From contig NC_043014.1 of assembly GCF_006345805.1 (NCBI RefSeq), forward strand, positions 13,702,001 through 13,766,000: a DNA stretch of 64,000 bases. Direction: 5' to 3'. Positions 1-11,018 of this stretch are shown piece after piece. The stretch comes from Octopus sinensis. Its lineage: Eukaryota. The translations under genes and the position numbers were made by a program. The notes below the pieces were generated by a model that saw only the letters and a list, made by a program, of their open reading frames with translations, made no database searches and was not told the origin of the DNA. How positions within the stretch are numbered: the first letter of the stretch is position 1; each line of letters opens with the position of its first letter.

Positions 1-800
1 CAATGCTTTGTGTGTACTAGGAATAGGTAGTTCTAGTAAGGGTTTTACTTGGTCAGGGTCAGGTTTCAGCCAAGCAATCGAATCTGTGTAGTGCTGTAAA
101 TGCATTTGGTATCATTAAAAATTAAATTACAGTCCTTAGCAACTTGAAGAAAATGCTTTAAATTTCGATCATGTTCTTTCTTCGATTTACCACACACAGT
201 TATGTTGTCGATATATGCAAAAGTAGCTCTACAATTATGGCTTTCGATTATATTATCGATCACTACATTTGTAAGTCCGAAAGCAATACGTTTGCTTTGA
301 TATAATTTTCCCTGCGCTTCGAAAGCCATGTAAGGTCGATCTTTCAACTGGAACCTCAACTTGATGATGAGCACTTTTGAGATCTAGTGTGCTAAAATAA
401 TTAAACTGAGCTATGTTTGCGACCATGTCATGCATATTTGGCAGTGGATATCCATCTAATTGCGTAAACTATGGGTTTACAGTCAGAGCTTAAATTTTCA
501 AACAACCTCGGTGTAATGTCACTTAGAGCTCCCAAATGTAACGGGGGCTTATCGCCGTCGAAGGTAATTTGTACATGTTGATTTTCTGTTTTGATGGGGA
601 TTTATCCAATTTTTTTTTCACCTCACACTCCAGACCGATTTTGGGGGCACTTAAAAACCACGTGAGAAGCCTTTTCAGTAAAAAAATAAATTTGTAAATA
701 CTTTCAAACGAAAAGTTGTGTGATTTAAGGGAGATTTGGCTATTGTTTCTAGCACATCCCACGACCACCTTCCTCGTTTCTTTGTCACCCTCACATGTAT
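1..800 (-). mobile_element. Ty3/Gypsy LTR retrotransposon pol relic (reverse transcriptase), frameshifted, runs off the left edge
   Basis: Minus-strand frames give DGYPLPNMHDMV..YFSTLDLKSAHHQV, YIDNITVCGKSKKEHDRNL and PDPDQVKPLLELPIP, which are Gypsy RT motifs split over several frames. Confidence 0.9.
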
Positions 801-1234
801 TGATGTTTTTTCAATATTTTTCTCCCATGAACACATTTGTGATATTATAAAAAAAGATTTTTAATTTATGATTTTTTCAATCCTCACCATTTTATAATTT
901 CAAAATACTGGATAATCTGAGACGGTCATTGATCCAGCAATTTAAATAAGAGATATGTAAAAGATAATTTATTTTAACTAAGAAATATTGAAAAACATCA
1001 ATATATGTGAGATTAACAAAGAAACGATCAAGGTGGTTACAGGATGTGCTAGAAACAAGAGTCAAATAAATCTCCCTTAAATCACACCGTTTCGTCTGAA
1101 AATAATCGTTTTTTTGGGGGCTTTTTTTTTTACTCAAAGATTTCTCACATGGTTTTTAGGGGTGTAGTACCAAAACAATTGGCCAAAATCGGTCCGAAGG
1201 GCTAAGTGAAAAAAGGGCACTGTCATGCTTTTAG

Positions 1235-1800
1235 CTGTCAAGCCTTCCTTTCTCAATAGAAACAGACACATCAGAGGTAGCTATATCTGGCATTTTACAC
1301 CAAAACGGGAAGCCAATTGCATTTTTTTTATTCAAGAACCCTCAACCCATATGAGCGTCGTTATTCTTGTATTGAAAAAGAGGCGACAGCGATTGTGGAA
1401 TCTGAGAAAATGGTATCATTTTCTTCTTGGACGTAACTTCACACTAATAACTGATCAAAACAGTGTGGCTTTTGTTTAATTTTCAGAAGCGCAGTAAATC
1501 TAAAAACGGAAAGATAATGCGTTGGCGAATCGAACTAGCCCAGTATAAATTTGATATCATTTACCGCCAAGGCAAGTTTAATGTTGTATCTGATGCTTTA
1601 TTGTGCAGCTACGACTGATAATGAACTGTATCGTATTCATGCAGCGCTGTGTCATCCTGGGATCACACGACCTTACTCTGTAGATGATGTAAAGCGTATA
1701 ACTAACGATTGTGTAATATGTTGTGAGGTAACCTCTGTTTCGTCAGTAATTAAATCTACTCAAGCTTTTGAAAGATTCAGTGACCATTTTTTCCTAAGTT
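1235..1800 (+). mobile_element. Ty3/Gypsy pol relic (RNase H and integrase HHCC zinc finger), opposite orientation to the RT part
   Basis: Broken frames read FSIETDTSEVAISGILHQNGKPIAFF, WYHFLLGRNFTLITDQNSVAF, RWRIELAQYKFDIIYRQGKFNVVSDAL and IHAALCHPGITR..NDCVIC. Confidence 0.88.
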
Positions 1801-2159
1801 TTGTAGTGGTCCTATGTAGTTGAATGATCTCCCTTGCAAGAAAGTGTATAGAGTAACCCCCCTTTACTAAGTTTCTTGAGACATGAGTCATGAGATGTGA
1901 TTCTTAATTATTCAAGAAGCTTCGCGTTTCTCTTGGATGTTTCCAGAATGTCTAGCGTACCAGTTATAAAAACAGCTTGCTAACCCTGCTCTACGCCACA
2001 TGACTGAAAGCCATCACTTAGTTGCTATTTCTATATTTCCTATCTCTGAACTTTCTTGCATAGATTACTTCATTCAACTAGATTCTGCTGCCACAACTAC
2101 ATCAAGAACGATAACATTCAAGAGTCTTTTAATGTCTTGTCATTTGTAGTAACAACGAT

Positions 2160-2392
2160 ATCTAGCTGGCAGAAACGTTAGCACGCCGGGCGAAATGCGT
2201 AGCCGTATTTCGTCTGCCGTTACGTTCTGAGTTCAAATTCCACCGAGGTCCACTTTGCCTTTCATCCTTTCGGGGTCGATAAATTAAGTACCAGTTACGC
2301 ACTGGAGTCGATGTAATCGACTTGATCTGTTTGTCTGTTCTTGTTTGTCCTCTCTGTGTTTAGCCCCTTGTGGGTTATAAAGAAACAGATAT
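2160..2392 (+). mobile_element. tRNA-derived SINE family B (Meta-domain-like core)
   Basis: A/B-box-like head (TGGCAGAAACGTTAG; GAGTTCAAATTCC), GCCTTTCATCCTTTCGGGGTCGATAAATTAAGTACC core and A-rich tail. Other copies at about 9904-10126(-), 11095-11282(-), 14418-14562(+), 45713-45850(-), 50652-50888(-), 51754-51985(-), 62745-62960(-). Domain name is from memory. Confidence 0.8.
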
Positions 2393-2575
2393 CTGTGTTT
2401 GTGTACAAAAAGAATAAAATTTTGTTCAATCAAAAATCACAACCAACTCCATTGTTCTTCATACACAAAGAAAAAACTTTTAACAGAATGAAACAATGTT
2501 ATGAAGATGTATATAAAATCAAAATAATATGAATCTTATAGAACCTAATATTTCCATAGGTCTTGTAAGTTATTA

Positions 2576-2691
2576 TAATAATGTGTCTATCCCACTGAAA
2601 GTATTGTCTTCAAGGATGAAGAGCACTATAAGGTAATAATGTGTCTATCCCACTGAAAGTATTGTCTTCAAGGATGAAGAGCACTATAAGG
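2576..2691 (+). repeat. Perfect 58-bp tandem duplication
   Basis: TAATAATGTGTCTATCCCACTGAAAGTATTGTCTTCAAGGATGAAGAGCACTATAAGG occurs at 2576-2633 and 2634-2691. Confidence 0.95.
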
Positions 2692-2898
2692 AATCAGTGC
2701 TAAGTAGCATATTACTGGAAACTGAAATATTTGATTTATACAAATGATTAAATGTTAATTTTCAAATTTTGTAACTCATTTTTAAAATGTTTCTCACTTT
2801 TTTTCTTTTGTAGCTGCTTGAATCTGCAGCCATCTCAAAATACAAAAAATATCTGAATTTATTTACATATATTTATAACAGCAAACAGAAAAACAACC

Positions 2899-3690
2899 AT
2901 GTCATCTGCCAGTATTCAAAGAACCGAAAAAGTATATACAGACAGTGTACCTGTTGACCACAGTCTAGATGATATTAGTTTAAATGGACATGATATACCT
3001 TACTCACCAGAGCATTTAGTATATAATATGGAATATCCTACAAAAGGTTATGCTCTAGTCATTAACAATGAAGTATTGTCATTTGGTAATGCTCGCGAAA
3101 TCTCGAGAGAAGAGGTACATTCTATGTCGGATACACTTAAGATGTATGGATTTAAAGTTATCACTCGGAACAACTTGAAGGCTTGTGACTTCAGACAGAT
3201 ATTTAACGACGTCAGCAAACTGGACCATTCAAAATGTGCTTCTTTTGCTTGTATTATTCTAACCCAAGGATTACAGTCTAGTACTATTCAATGCTCTGAT
3301 GAAACTATCTCACTAACAGAGTTATTACCAATGTTTTCCCCCAACAAATGCCCAACTCTCGTTGGTAAACCTAAATTATTTTTCATTCAAAATGCAGACA
3401 CATTAGCAAATAGTGCACACAATTCACAACTTTATAGTGATTACAAAGTTCCAATGATTTCTTTATATGAAGATATCCTTATTTCCTCTTGTACTGTAAG
3501 CTCTGAGAGGAGAGTTGGAGGCTTTATTGAGATATTAAGTAACAGCCTGAAGAACTTTAGAAAGGTGGAACTGCTTTCTATTTTAATGGGAGTCAATTAC
3601 GCCATTGTTTCTAAGTCCAAGAACAATGGTTCAAGAACTAATGCCCCTTCTATACTTTCAACTTTAACAAAACAAATGACATTCTCATAA
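2899..3690 (+). CDS. Caspase-3/7-like (peptidase C14) protein, 263 aa, catalytic dyad substituted (predicted pseudo-caspase)
   Basis: Caspase motifs YNMEYPTKGYALVINN, FACIILTQG (canonical SHG), CPTLVGKPKLFFIQNADT (canonical QACRG) and STLTKQMTF. Uninterrupted ORF. Pyrimidine tract plus TAG acceptor at 2811-2813, alternative CAG acceptor at 2879-2881, ACAACCATG start context. Confidence 0.88.
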   Translation: MSSASIQRTEKVYTDSVPVDHSLDDISLNGHDIPYSPEHLVYNMEYPTKGYALVINNEVLSFGNAREISREEVHSMSDTLKMYGFKVITRNNLKACDFRQIFNDVSKLDHSKCASFACIILTQGLQSSTIQCSDETISLTELLPMFSPNKCPTLVGKPKLFFIQNADTLANSAHNSQLYSDYKVPMISLYEDILISSCTVSSERRVGGFIEILSNSLKNFRKVELLSILMGVNYAIVSKSKNNGSRTNAPSILSTLTKQMTFS

Positions 3691-3819
3691 CCTCATTGGT
3701 GTCCCTCATTTTCAATCTTCTGTGGTAATGGGGGAATGGGGACTCCAAAAGAGATCTCAGGGAGTAGAATCTCTGCATTCCTGAGTTAGTTTTCCACTAC
3801 AATTCTGCAAACAAAGAGA

Positions 3820-4290
3820 CTTGGAGAAGCCATTATGAAAGACTGCCAAATGTTGACCCAGTAGAGGGACCAGCTATCCCAATAGACAGCTCCTTAGTAG
3901 ATAAAGCAATTAAGGATATGAAGACAGGGAAAGAACCTGGCCCATCAGGAATCGCTGCTGGGATGATTAAAGTATCTGGTGGTGTGGGCTATGGCCTAGT
4001 CACCCGCATTGTAAACCAGGTAGTTCATGATGGAGCCATACCCAATGACTGGCATAGCAGCACCATAGTCATCTGCTACAAGGGTAAAGGTGATGCTCTA
4101 GATAGAAATAACTACAAGGGTATTAAACTGCTGGATCAGGTGATGAAGGTCACAGTGAGGGTCATAGTCCATCTCATTAGGGAGAGTCTGCTTAGATGAG
4201 ATGCAGTTTGGTTTTATGCCAGGCAGAAGCACCACCGTACTTGGCTTTTGTTGAGTTGGAGAAAGCCTTTGACAGAGGAATTCGATGATG
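3820..4290 (+). mobile_element. RTE-clade LINE RT fragment, decayed
   Basis: MKTGKEPGPSG..IPNDWHSSTIVICYKGKGDALDRNNYKGIKLL; homologous to the RTE copy at 25085-28020. Confidence 0.9.
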
Positions 4291-4499
4291 ACGATGATGA
4301 AGCAGGTAAGAACATATATGCAAGTTTAAAATGCAACATTGTTTTTGTTTAATCTACATTCTACACATACACATAAGAACAAGCACGCAGATGACAAGAC
4401 AACACACAGCTGATAAGACATCATGTCCTCACGGAAATTAGTGAAGCAGTCTGTTTATAAATTGTCGACTCAAAACAAAAGATAGCCTTCATTTTTTTT

Positions 4500-4826
4500 T
4501 GATAAGTAGCTTGTTTACGAACCACATGGTTCCGGGTTCAGTCCCACTGCGTGGCATCTTGGGCAAGTGTCTTCTGCTATAGCCCTGGGCCGACCAATGC
4601 CTTGTGAGTGGATTTGGTAGACGGAAACTGAAAGAAGCCTGTCGTATATATGTATATATATATATGTATGTGTGTGTGTGTTTGTGTGTCTGTGTTTGTC
4701 CCCCTAGCATTAGCAAAAAGAGACTGATAGAATAAGTACTGGGCTTACAAAGAATAAGTCATTTGCTTCGACCAAAGGCGGTGCTCCAGCATGGCCGCAG
4801 TCAAATGACTGAAACAAGTAAAAGAA
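4500..4826 (+). mobile_element. tRNA-derived SINE family A (CORE-like), partial
   Basis: GGTTCAGTCCC B-box, TTGGGCAAGTGTCTT core, internal (TA)n/(TG)n and CAGTCAAATGACTGAAACAAGTAAAAGA tail; internal deletion. Confidence 0.85.
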
Positions 4827-7800
4827 AAATAAAAAAAAGAAAAGAAAATAATTATAAAGATGTAATTATAGTTAAGGGCTACTGGTAATGACCATCACCA
4901 ATGCTAGTAATAGGTGTCAAATACCTACAGTCCACTCTACAGTTTGTTTTCTCTCTCTCCCTCTTGTACTTATTGTATCATATTACTCATTGATGTGCAG
5001 TTTTGTTTTGTATTATTGTGTTTGATCTTGATGTTCATATGTAGTTGGTTAATAAATTATGTGAATGGGTATTATCTGGTAGTTGATTATTGATTTAGAT
5101 GTATTTCTCCATTTCCTTATTTTGTATTATTAATTTGTGGTAAAACATTTTACCTTCGCCCATATAATACAATAAATGAATTAATTGCATCGCAATTCTT
5201 AACATTTATGTATTAACTTTGTTGGGTGCTTTACTGGCAGTATATTGGATGGTGGGTTGCACTCACAACCCCTATCTCAATTTGTATATATATATACATA
5301 AACATACATATAAGTCTTTGTATAATAATTATTTCTAATTTCAGATATTTATTATAAAGTTTGAAAGTGAACCAAGAAGGAATGAAAATGGATCAAGAAG
5401 TACTGGTAAACAAAGAATGCAGAAATAGCTAGTCAGAAAATATTGAATATCAGAAACCAGTCCTACAAAGATAAACTATTATTTACAGTACATAATAAAT
5501 TTGAGCAAATTGGATCCATCTGCTATGCACAAAGGGCTCAAACATTTACCCAGACTCCAGAAATTAATAAATAGAACTTACAATGAACTAGTCACTAAAA
5601 ACTTTTCACTCATATTAAGCAACTATAAAACACAAATACACAAAAAAAAATATATATCACTCATATTACCTACTTTTGCCTTTCCTTTCCATGCTGGCAT
5701 GGGTTTGATAGGAGCTGGCCAGGCAGGAGCATCCAGCAGTGGACAAATAGGAAAATGAAAACTTTCTGCTCATATTGAGCAATCGTAAAAAAGAAATCGC
5801 GAAATGAAAATCTTACTCATTTTAAGCAACAGTATACCTATTTTGTCCACCCTTGTGTATTACATATTGTAAAGTAAAACAAATAAACAGAAAATTCACA
5901 TAGAAACAACCTGTTTTGTTTTGTTTATTAATTATTTAAACATAATTTGTTATAATGAAAGAATTGTTGTACATTTAATGGTGTAAAAATCGGCAAGTAC
6001 CACGTGTGACATGCTATGCAGCTGAAGGGTTGAACTGTTTGGTTAGCCTGGTTGCTGGAAGCAATTCTGGCTTCAGAGTAATTGTGGTACGACCAGATTT
6101 CCTTAACAGGTAAGTATTTTTTGCTAATCCCTCCCTTTCCAGAATTGATCATTCATGCAAACCAGTGTTTTCTCAACCAAGTTCCATATGAGATTGGGGT
6201 GGTGTAGTGGTGGTCCATGCTACAAAATAATAAACTGGGCATTCACAAAAGAATTGTAAGGGGCCCTGAGAAAACTTTGCTTTAGACGTATGTATTAGTA
6301 CATATTGCAAAGCTGTTAGGTTTCTTTCTCTAACATTTTACATAGTTCAACCTACACAAATTAATATCATCATCATCGATTAATGTCTGCCTTCCATGGT
6401 TGGATGGGTTGACAGGAGATTGCACTTAACTTTTGTGTCTGTTTTGGCATGGATTTTGCAGCAGAATGGACAGTGCTTTTTATGTGGTAAAAGCACAGGA
6501 AAAGCCAGTTTTGGCATGGTTTTTACAGCTGCATGCCTTTCTAAATGCCAACGACTTTACAGTGTGGACTGGATGCTTTTTATGTGGCACCAACACTAGC
6601 AGAGTCACTAAATAATTTGCAAAGCAAAGATGTTTTAAGAGGAGAGGAGGTGATCTTGTGTCAGATGATGAAAAGTTAGTTTGACAGAAACAGGTGTCTT
6701 GTAGAGGAGGTGCATGGTTACCCAGCCAGAAAGAGAAAGTGATCAAGAATGAGGACAGAAACAGGTGTGCTGTTGTACCTGGTTATCCAGCCTGAGGGAA
6801 GAGAGAGATGATAGCAAAGTGCTGGGGCATACTCAAGGAACAGGAATCAGAATGTAAACGGGATGGTAAAGGAAGAGAGAGGTAGATGGCGGCAGGTGTC
6901 AGGGCATACCCTCAAGGAACAGAGGTCATAATATAAGTGGCCAAAGAAGTATAAGGCCAAGAGTAATGCAGTGACTGGTGGAAACTTGAGTATATAGAGG
7001 GTGAGGGACTACGAGATAGCAATGAAACAATGGGCAGTGCCGTGAGGACAGAATTGGAGAGTGAGAGATAAGCACAGTGCAGGAAGAGATATAGTTTAGT
7101 TTGTTAGTGTAGGGATTTTGAAAAAAGTTTCTATAAAACTATTTTTTAAACATCAAATGGCTAGAAGAGTGCAACAGAATAAAATAGCAATCAAATATAT
7201 AGATTGGCCTGCTCGCGTAGCCAGCGGGGTGGCATCATTTGAAGGCTAAAACAATGCGAAGTGCATTGTGGCCAGCGAGGTGTAGCAACATCTGATAGCC
7301 TGGTCACTCACGGTGATATAGATAGATACACAAACCAAACCCAAAATGCCATGCACTAAATCTGGCACCAAAATATGTGAAATTCCATAACACACACACA
7401 TACATAACCATGTGTACATATGTGCAAATATGAACAATTGAGTGCACATGGTTGTGTGTGTGTGTGTGCACATATGTGTGGATGTGCATATATGTGTGTA
7501 TATTTTTATAAATTTGAATTAATGCAATGGAAATATATAATTGGGAGTGGTGCATGTATGTGTGTATGTTGTGTGTGTGTGTGTGTGTGTATGTATAAAA
7601 AAAGGTTAAACAAAAGTACTCAAACACTAGAAATAAAACTTAGATAAAAAAGAAAATGGTTGAGAGCTCTAAACAATATTATAAGAGCGTATGAGATTTA
7701 TTAATTTCTCTGGTTTTATTCATTGAGGAAAGTGGAAAATATTTACTACTTGAAATATACTTGGACAAAATTTTATTTTTTTACCAAATGACGGAATCTT

Positions 7801-7899
7801 TAACATCACACATTCCGTAAAAATTTGGCATGTTGGATGAAATAAGACCACAGGCCGTTTTATGTAGCCTTCATTCATTCTATCTGCGGCTTTATATAG

Positions 7900-8481
7900 A
7901 TATGGTAAGACCTCACCTGGAATTTGCATCACCGGTCTGGAACCCCTATCTTGCCCAGGACATCAATTGTCTGGAAGCTGTTCAGTGACGTGCAACCAAA
8001 AGAATACCCTCCATCAGGCATTTGCCATATCCTGAACGCCTTACTTCCCTGGGCATGGACACATTGAAACTCCGACGTCTGGCAGCTGACTTGGCAGACA
8101 CCCATAAAATTATCAACCATCGCACAAACAATAACTCTGAGCACCTCTTCAAAATCCACCCATCTAACACCCGTGGACATATTTACAAAGTAAGAAAACA
8201 GCACAGCTCCCATGACTTCAGGAAACATTTTTTCACGCTGAGAGTTGCTGAAGCGTGGAACAAACTGCCGGCATCGGTTGTTAGTTGTCAGAGCACTGCA
8301 TCCTTCAAAACTTCCATGTTTCCTGAGATTCGCCAACACTACACTTGATTTTCTCCCCTCCATACACACACAAGCATGTTCACTTTCCAGACATTTCTAC
8401 ATTACTGCATGTACTTTATATGCACTTTCTGACAAGTTGTGGTGCACCTGAGCACTGTATACAATAATTTCATTATTATTT
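7900..8481 (+). mobile_element. CR1/L2-type LINE 3' end
   Basis: SPVWNPYLAQDINCLEAVQ..YPERLTSLGMDTLKLRR..NTRGH..RKHFFTLRVAEAWNKLP, then 3' UTR and (ATT)n tail. Further copies at 8742-9078(+), 11340-11778(+), 17070-17175(-), 35930-36040 and 62160-62560(-). Confidence 0.9.
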
Positions 8482-9522
8482 TATTATTTTAAGGCTAAAC
8501 AATAAATTTGTAAATGTTCAATACAAGGGAGACAATTGCTATTTTAATAAATTTTGAGAACATCTCTTCGGAAAAAAATTGATATCAACAAGTTGAGGCC
8601 AGTCTCTTTGCGACACTGTCAATGATATAAAGAGTTAATCATCTAAAGGAAACATCTGAAAGAATGTTTCCTATTAAGCTGTGTAAATCGCAAGCATTCA
8701 TTAAAATTATTTAAGAAAGATTAATAAACTAAAAGCTTTGTACATGTAAAATATTTACAAAGTCAGAAAACAGCACAGCTCCCATGATATTCGGAAACAT
8801 TTTTCCACGCTAAGAGTTACTGAAGAATGGAACAAGCTGCCGACATCAGTTGTTATTTGTCGGAGCACTGCATCCTTCAAAACTTCCATGCTTCCTGAGA
8901 TTCGCCAACACTACACCTGATTTTTTCCCCTCCATACACACGCAAGCATGTCTCTGACTCATACACTGTTCACTTCCCAGACATTTGTACATTACTGCAT
9001 ATGCTTTATACGCACTTTTGACAAGTTGTGGTGCACCTGAGCACTGTATACAATAATTTCATTATTGTTATTATTTTAAATGGTTTCTTGTATTATAGGC
9101 ACAAGACCACACATCTACAAAATAGTTTGCTTGAAATTATCTCGGTATATTACTGGTACTTATTTTATTTATACCCTCAAAAAGAGATTTTAAGCTCAGA
9201 TCATAAAGTAACTGAATATCAGTGGGTATGAAAGCTGTATTGCAACCAGTTCTATCTTCTGCTGCCCTAATATAATACAAATAATGATTCCAAACACAAA
9301 CACAACTTTTAGGGAGGGAAATAATAAAAAGATTGACATCGACCAATCTCTTTAGCCCACTGTGCTTGATTGGCCCTTAATTTTTGACATTGCAATGAGA
9401 AAAAGCAAGAACTGAATTGGTTCAGCAAGATTTGAACTCAGAAGACAAAATAAATATAACCAAGTACTGGAAAGTATTTTGATTTGATATGCCATTCTAC
9501 CACTTGTTATTTCTTTATTAGT

Positions 9523-9903
9523 GGAGGCGCAATGGCCCAGTGGTTAGGGCAGCGGACTCGCAGTCGTAGGATCGCGGTTTCAATTCCCAGACCGGGCGTT
9601 GTGAGTGTTTATTGAGCGAAAACACCTAAAGCTCCACAAGGCTCCCGGCAGGGATGGTGGTGATCCCTGCTGTACTCTTTCACCACAACTTTCTCTCACT
9701 CTTTCTTCCTGTTTCTGTTGTACCTGTATTTCAAAGGGCCGGCCTTGTCACTCTCTGTATCACGCTGAATATCCCCGAGGACTACGTTAAGGGTACACGT
9801 GTCTGTGGAGTGCTCAGCCACTTACACGTTAATTTCACGAGCAGGCTGTTCCATTGGTCGGATCAACCGGAACCCTCATCGTTGTAACCGACGGAGTGCT
9901 TCC
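9523..9903 (+). mobile_element. tRNA-derived SINE family C, nested in the tail of a family-B SINE
   Basis: Head GGAGGCGCAATGGCCCAGTGGTTAGGGC..GGTTTCAATTCCC. Flanked by ATTTCTTTATT at 9509-9519 and 9904-9914. Second full copy at about 48596-48977. Confidence 0.88.
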
Positions 9904-10126
9904 ATTTCTTTATTGCCCACAAGGGGCTAAACACAGAGGGGACAAACAAACGGATTAAGTCGATTACATCGACCCCAGCGCATAACTGGTACTTAATTTA
10001 TCGACCCCAAAAGGATGAAAGGCAAAGTGGACCTCGGCGGAATTTGAACTCAGAACGTAACGGCAGACAAAATGGGGCTACGCATTTCGCCCGGCGTACT
10101 AACGTTTCTGCCAGCTCGCCGCCTTA
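9904..10126 (-). mobile_element. SINE family B, host of the nested SINE, with 16-bp TSD
   Basis: CCATTCTACCACTTGT at 9492-9507 and 10130-10145 brackets the composite. Confidence 0.85.
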
Positions 10127-10203
10127 ATACCATTCTACCACTTGTGTTACTCTTATCACCCTGAATGGTGCAAATCATAAATAATTGTACTTAAATATCT
10201 TAC

Positions 10204-10599
10204 CTTGCTTCTCCAAGACGTGTTCAAGACCCTCCTTGAATTTTACTTTTGACATTCTGTATGCTAAATTGATGGGTTCTTCTGAATTTTCAATTATAAA
10301 AAATTCTGGTTGACTATAATTTTGTTGTAAGCTTATCATTGATTGTTCATTTTTTAAATTTTCTATCATTACATCATCTGGTTCGGATACACTGCTTGTT
10401 GCATCATCCTCAGTACTAGCTAATTGCGTGATTGCATCTGTTAGTTGCATATTTGTTTGTTTTCTTTGAATGTCAGCTTCAGATTTGCTTGAATACCGAT
10501 TTAATGACTTTAAAGTGGATTGATGGGTAATAATTCCAAATCCTCTATTTTTTGAGGATTTTTTCTTTTGCATTATTTTATTTTTCTGCTCCATTTTAT
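10204..10599 (-). CDS. Internal coding exon of an unidentified gene (396 nt, phase 1/1)
   Basis: Minus-strand acceptor TTTTTTATTTTGTTTTCACAG (AG at 10601-10600) and donor CAAG|GTAAGA (GT at 10203-10202). Open for 132 codons in 70%+ AT sequence: KMEQKNK..LTDAITQLASTEDD..LAYRMSKVKFKEGLEHVLEKQ. No recognised domain. Confidence 0.6.
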
Positions 10600-10649
10600 C
10601 TGTGAAAACAAAATAAAAAATACGTACAACTTGCTTGTTAGCAGGAGAT

Positions 10650-11018
10650 TACTCTCTTTTACTTGTTTCAGTCATTTGACTGCGGCCATGCTGGAGCACC
10701 GCCTTTAGTCGAGCAAATCGACCCCGGGACTTATTATTTGTAAGCCCAGTACTTATTCTATCGGTCTCTTTTGCTGAACCACTAAGTGACAGGGACGTAA
10801 ACACACCAGCATTTGTTGTCAAGCAATGCTAGGGAGACAAACACAGACACACAAACACATACACACACATACATATATACGACAGGCTTCTTTCAGTTTC
10901 CGTCTACCAAATCCACTCACAAGGTATTGGTCGGCCTGGGGCTATAGCAGAAGACACTTGCCCAAGGTGCCACGCAGTGGGACTGAACCCGGAACCACAC
11001 AGCCACTCCTGCGCCTAT
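10650..11018 (-). mobile_element. SINE family A
   Basis: Reverse complement of the family consensus from the ATAGGCGCAGGAGTGGC head to the AAACAAGTAAAAGAG tail; short deletion in the head. Confidence 0.9.

Noticed and set aside
9175-9266. Possible minus-strand exon (AAEDRTGCNTAFIPTDIQLLYDLSLKSLFE)
   Set aside because: It starts in phase 2 whereas the strong donor at 10203 is phase 1; joining needs a weaker donor or an unseen exon. Not supportable without RNA data.
9523-9600. tRNA-like sequences with A and B boxes (also 30160-30232, 43727-43800, 48596-48670)
   Set aside because: They are heads of multi-copy SINEs running straight into SINE bodies; no complete cloverleaf could be supported.
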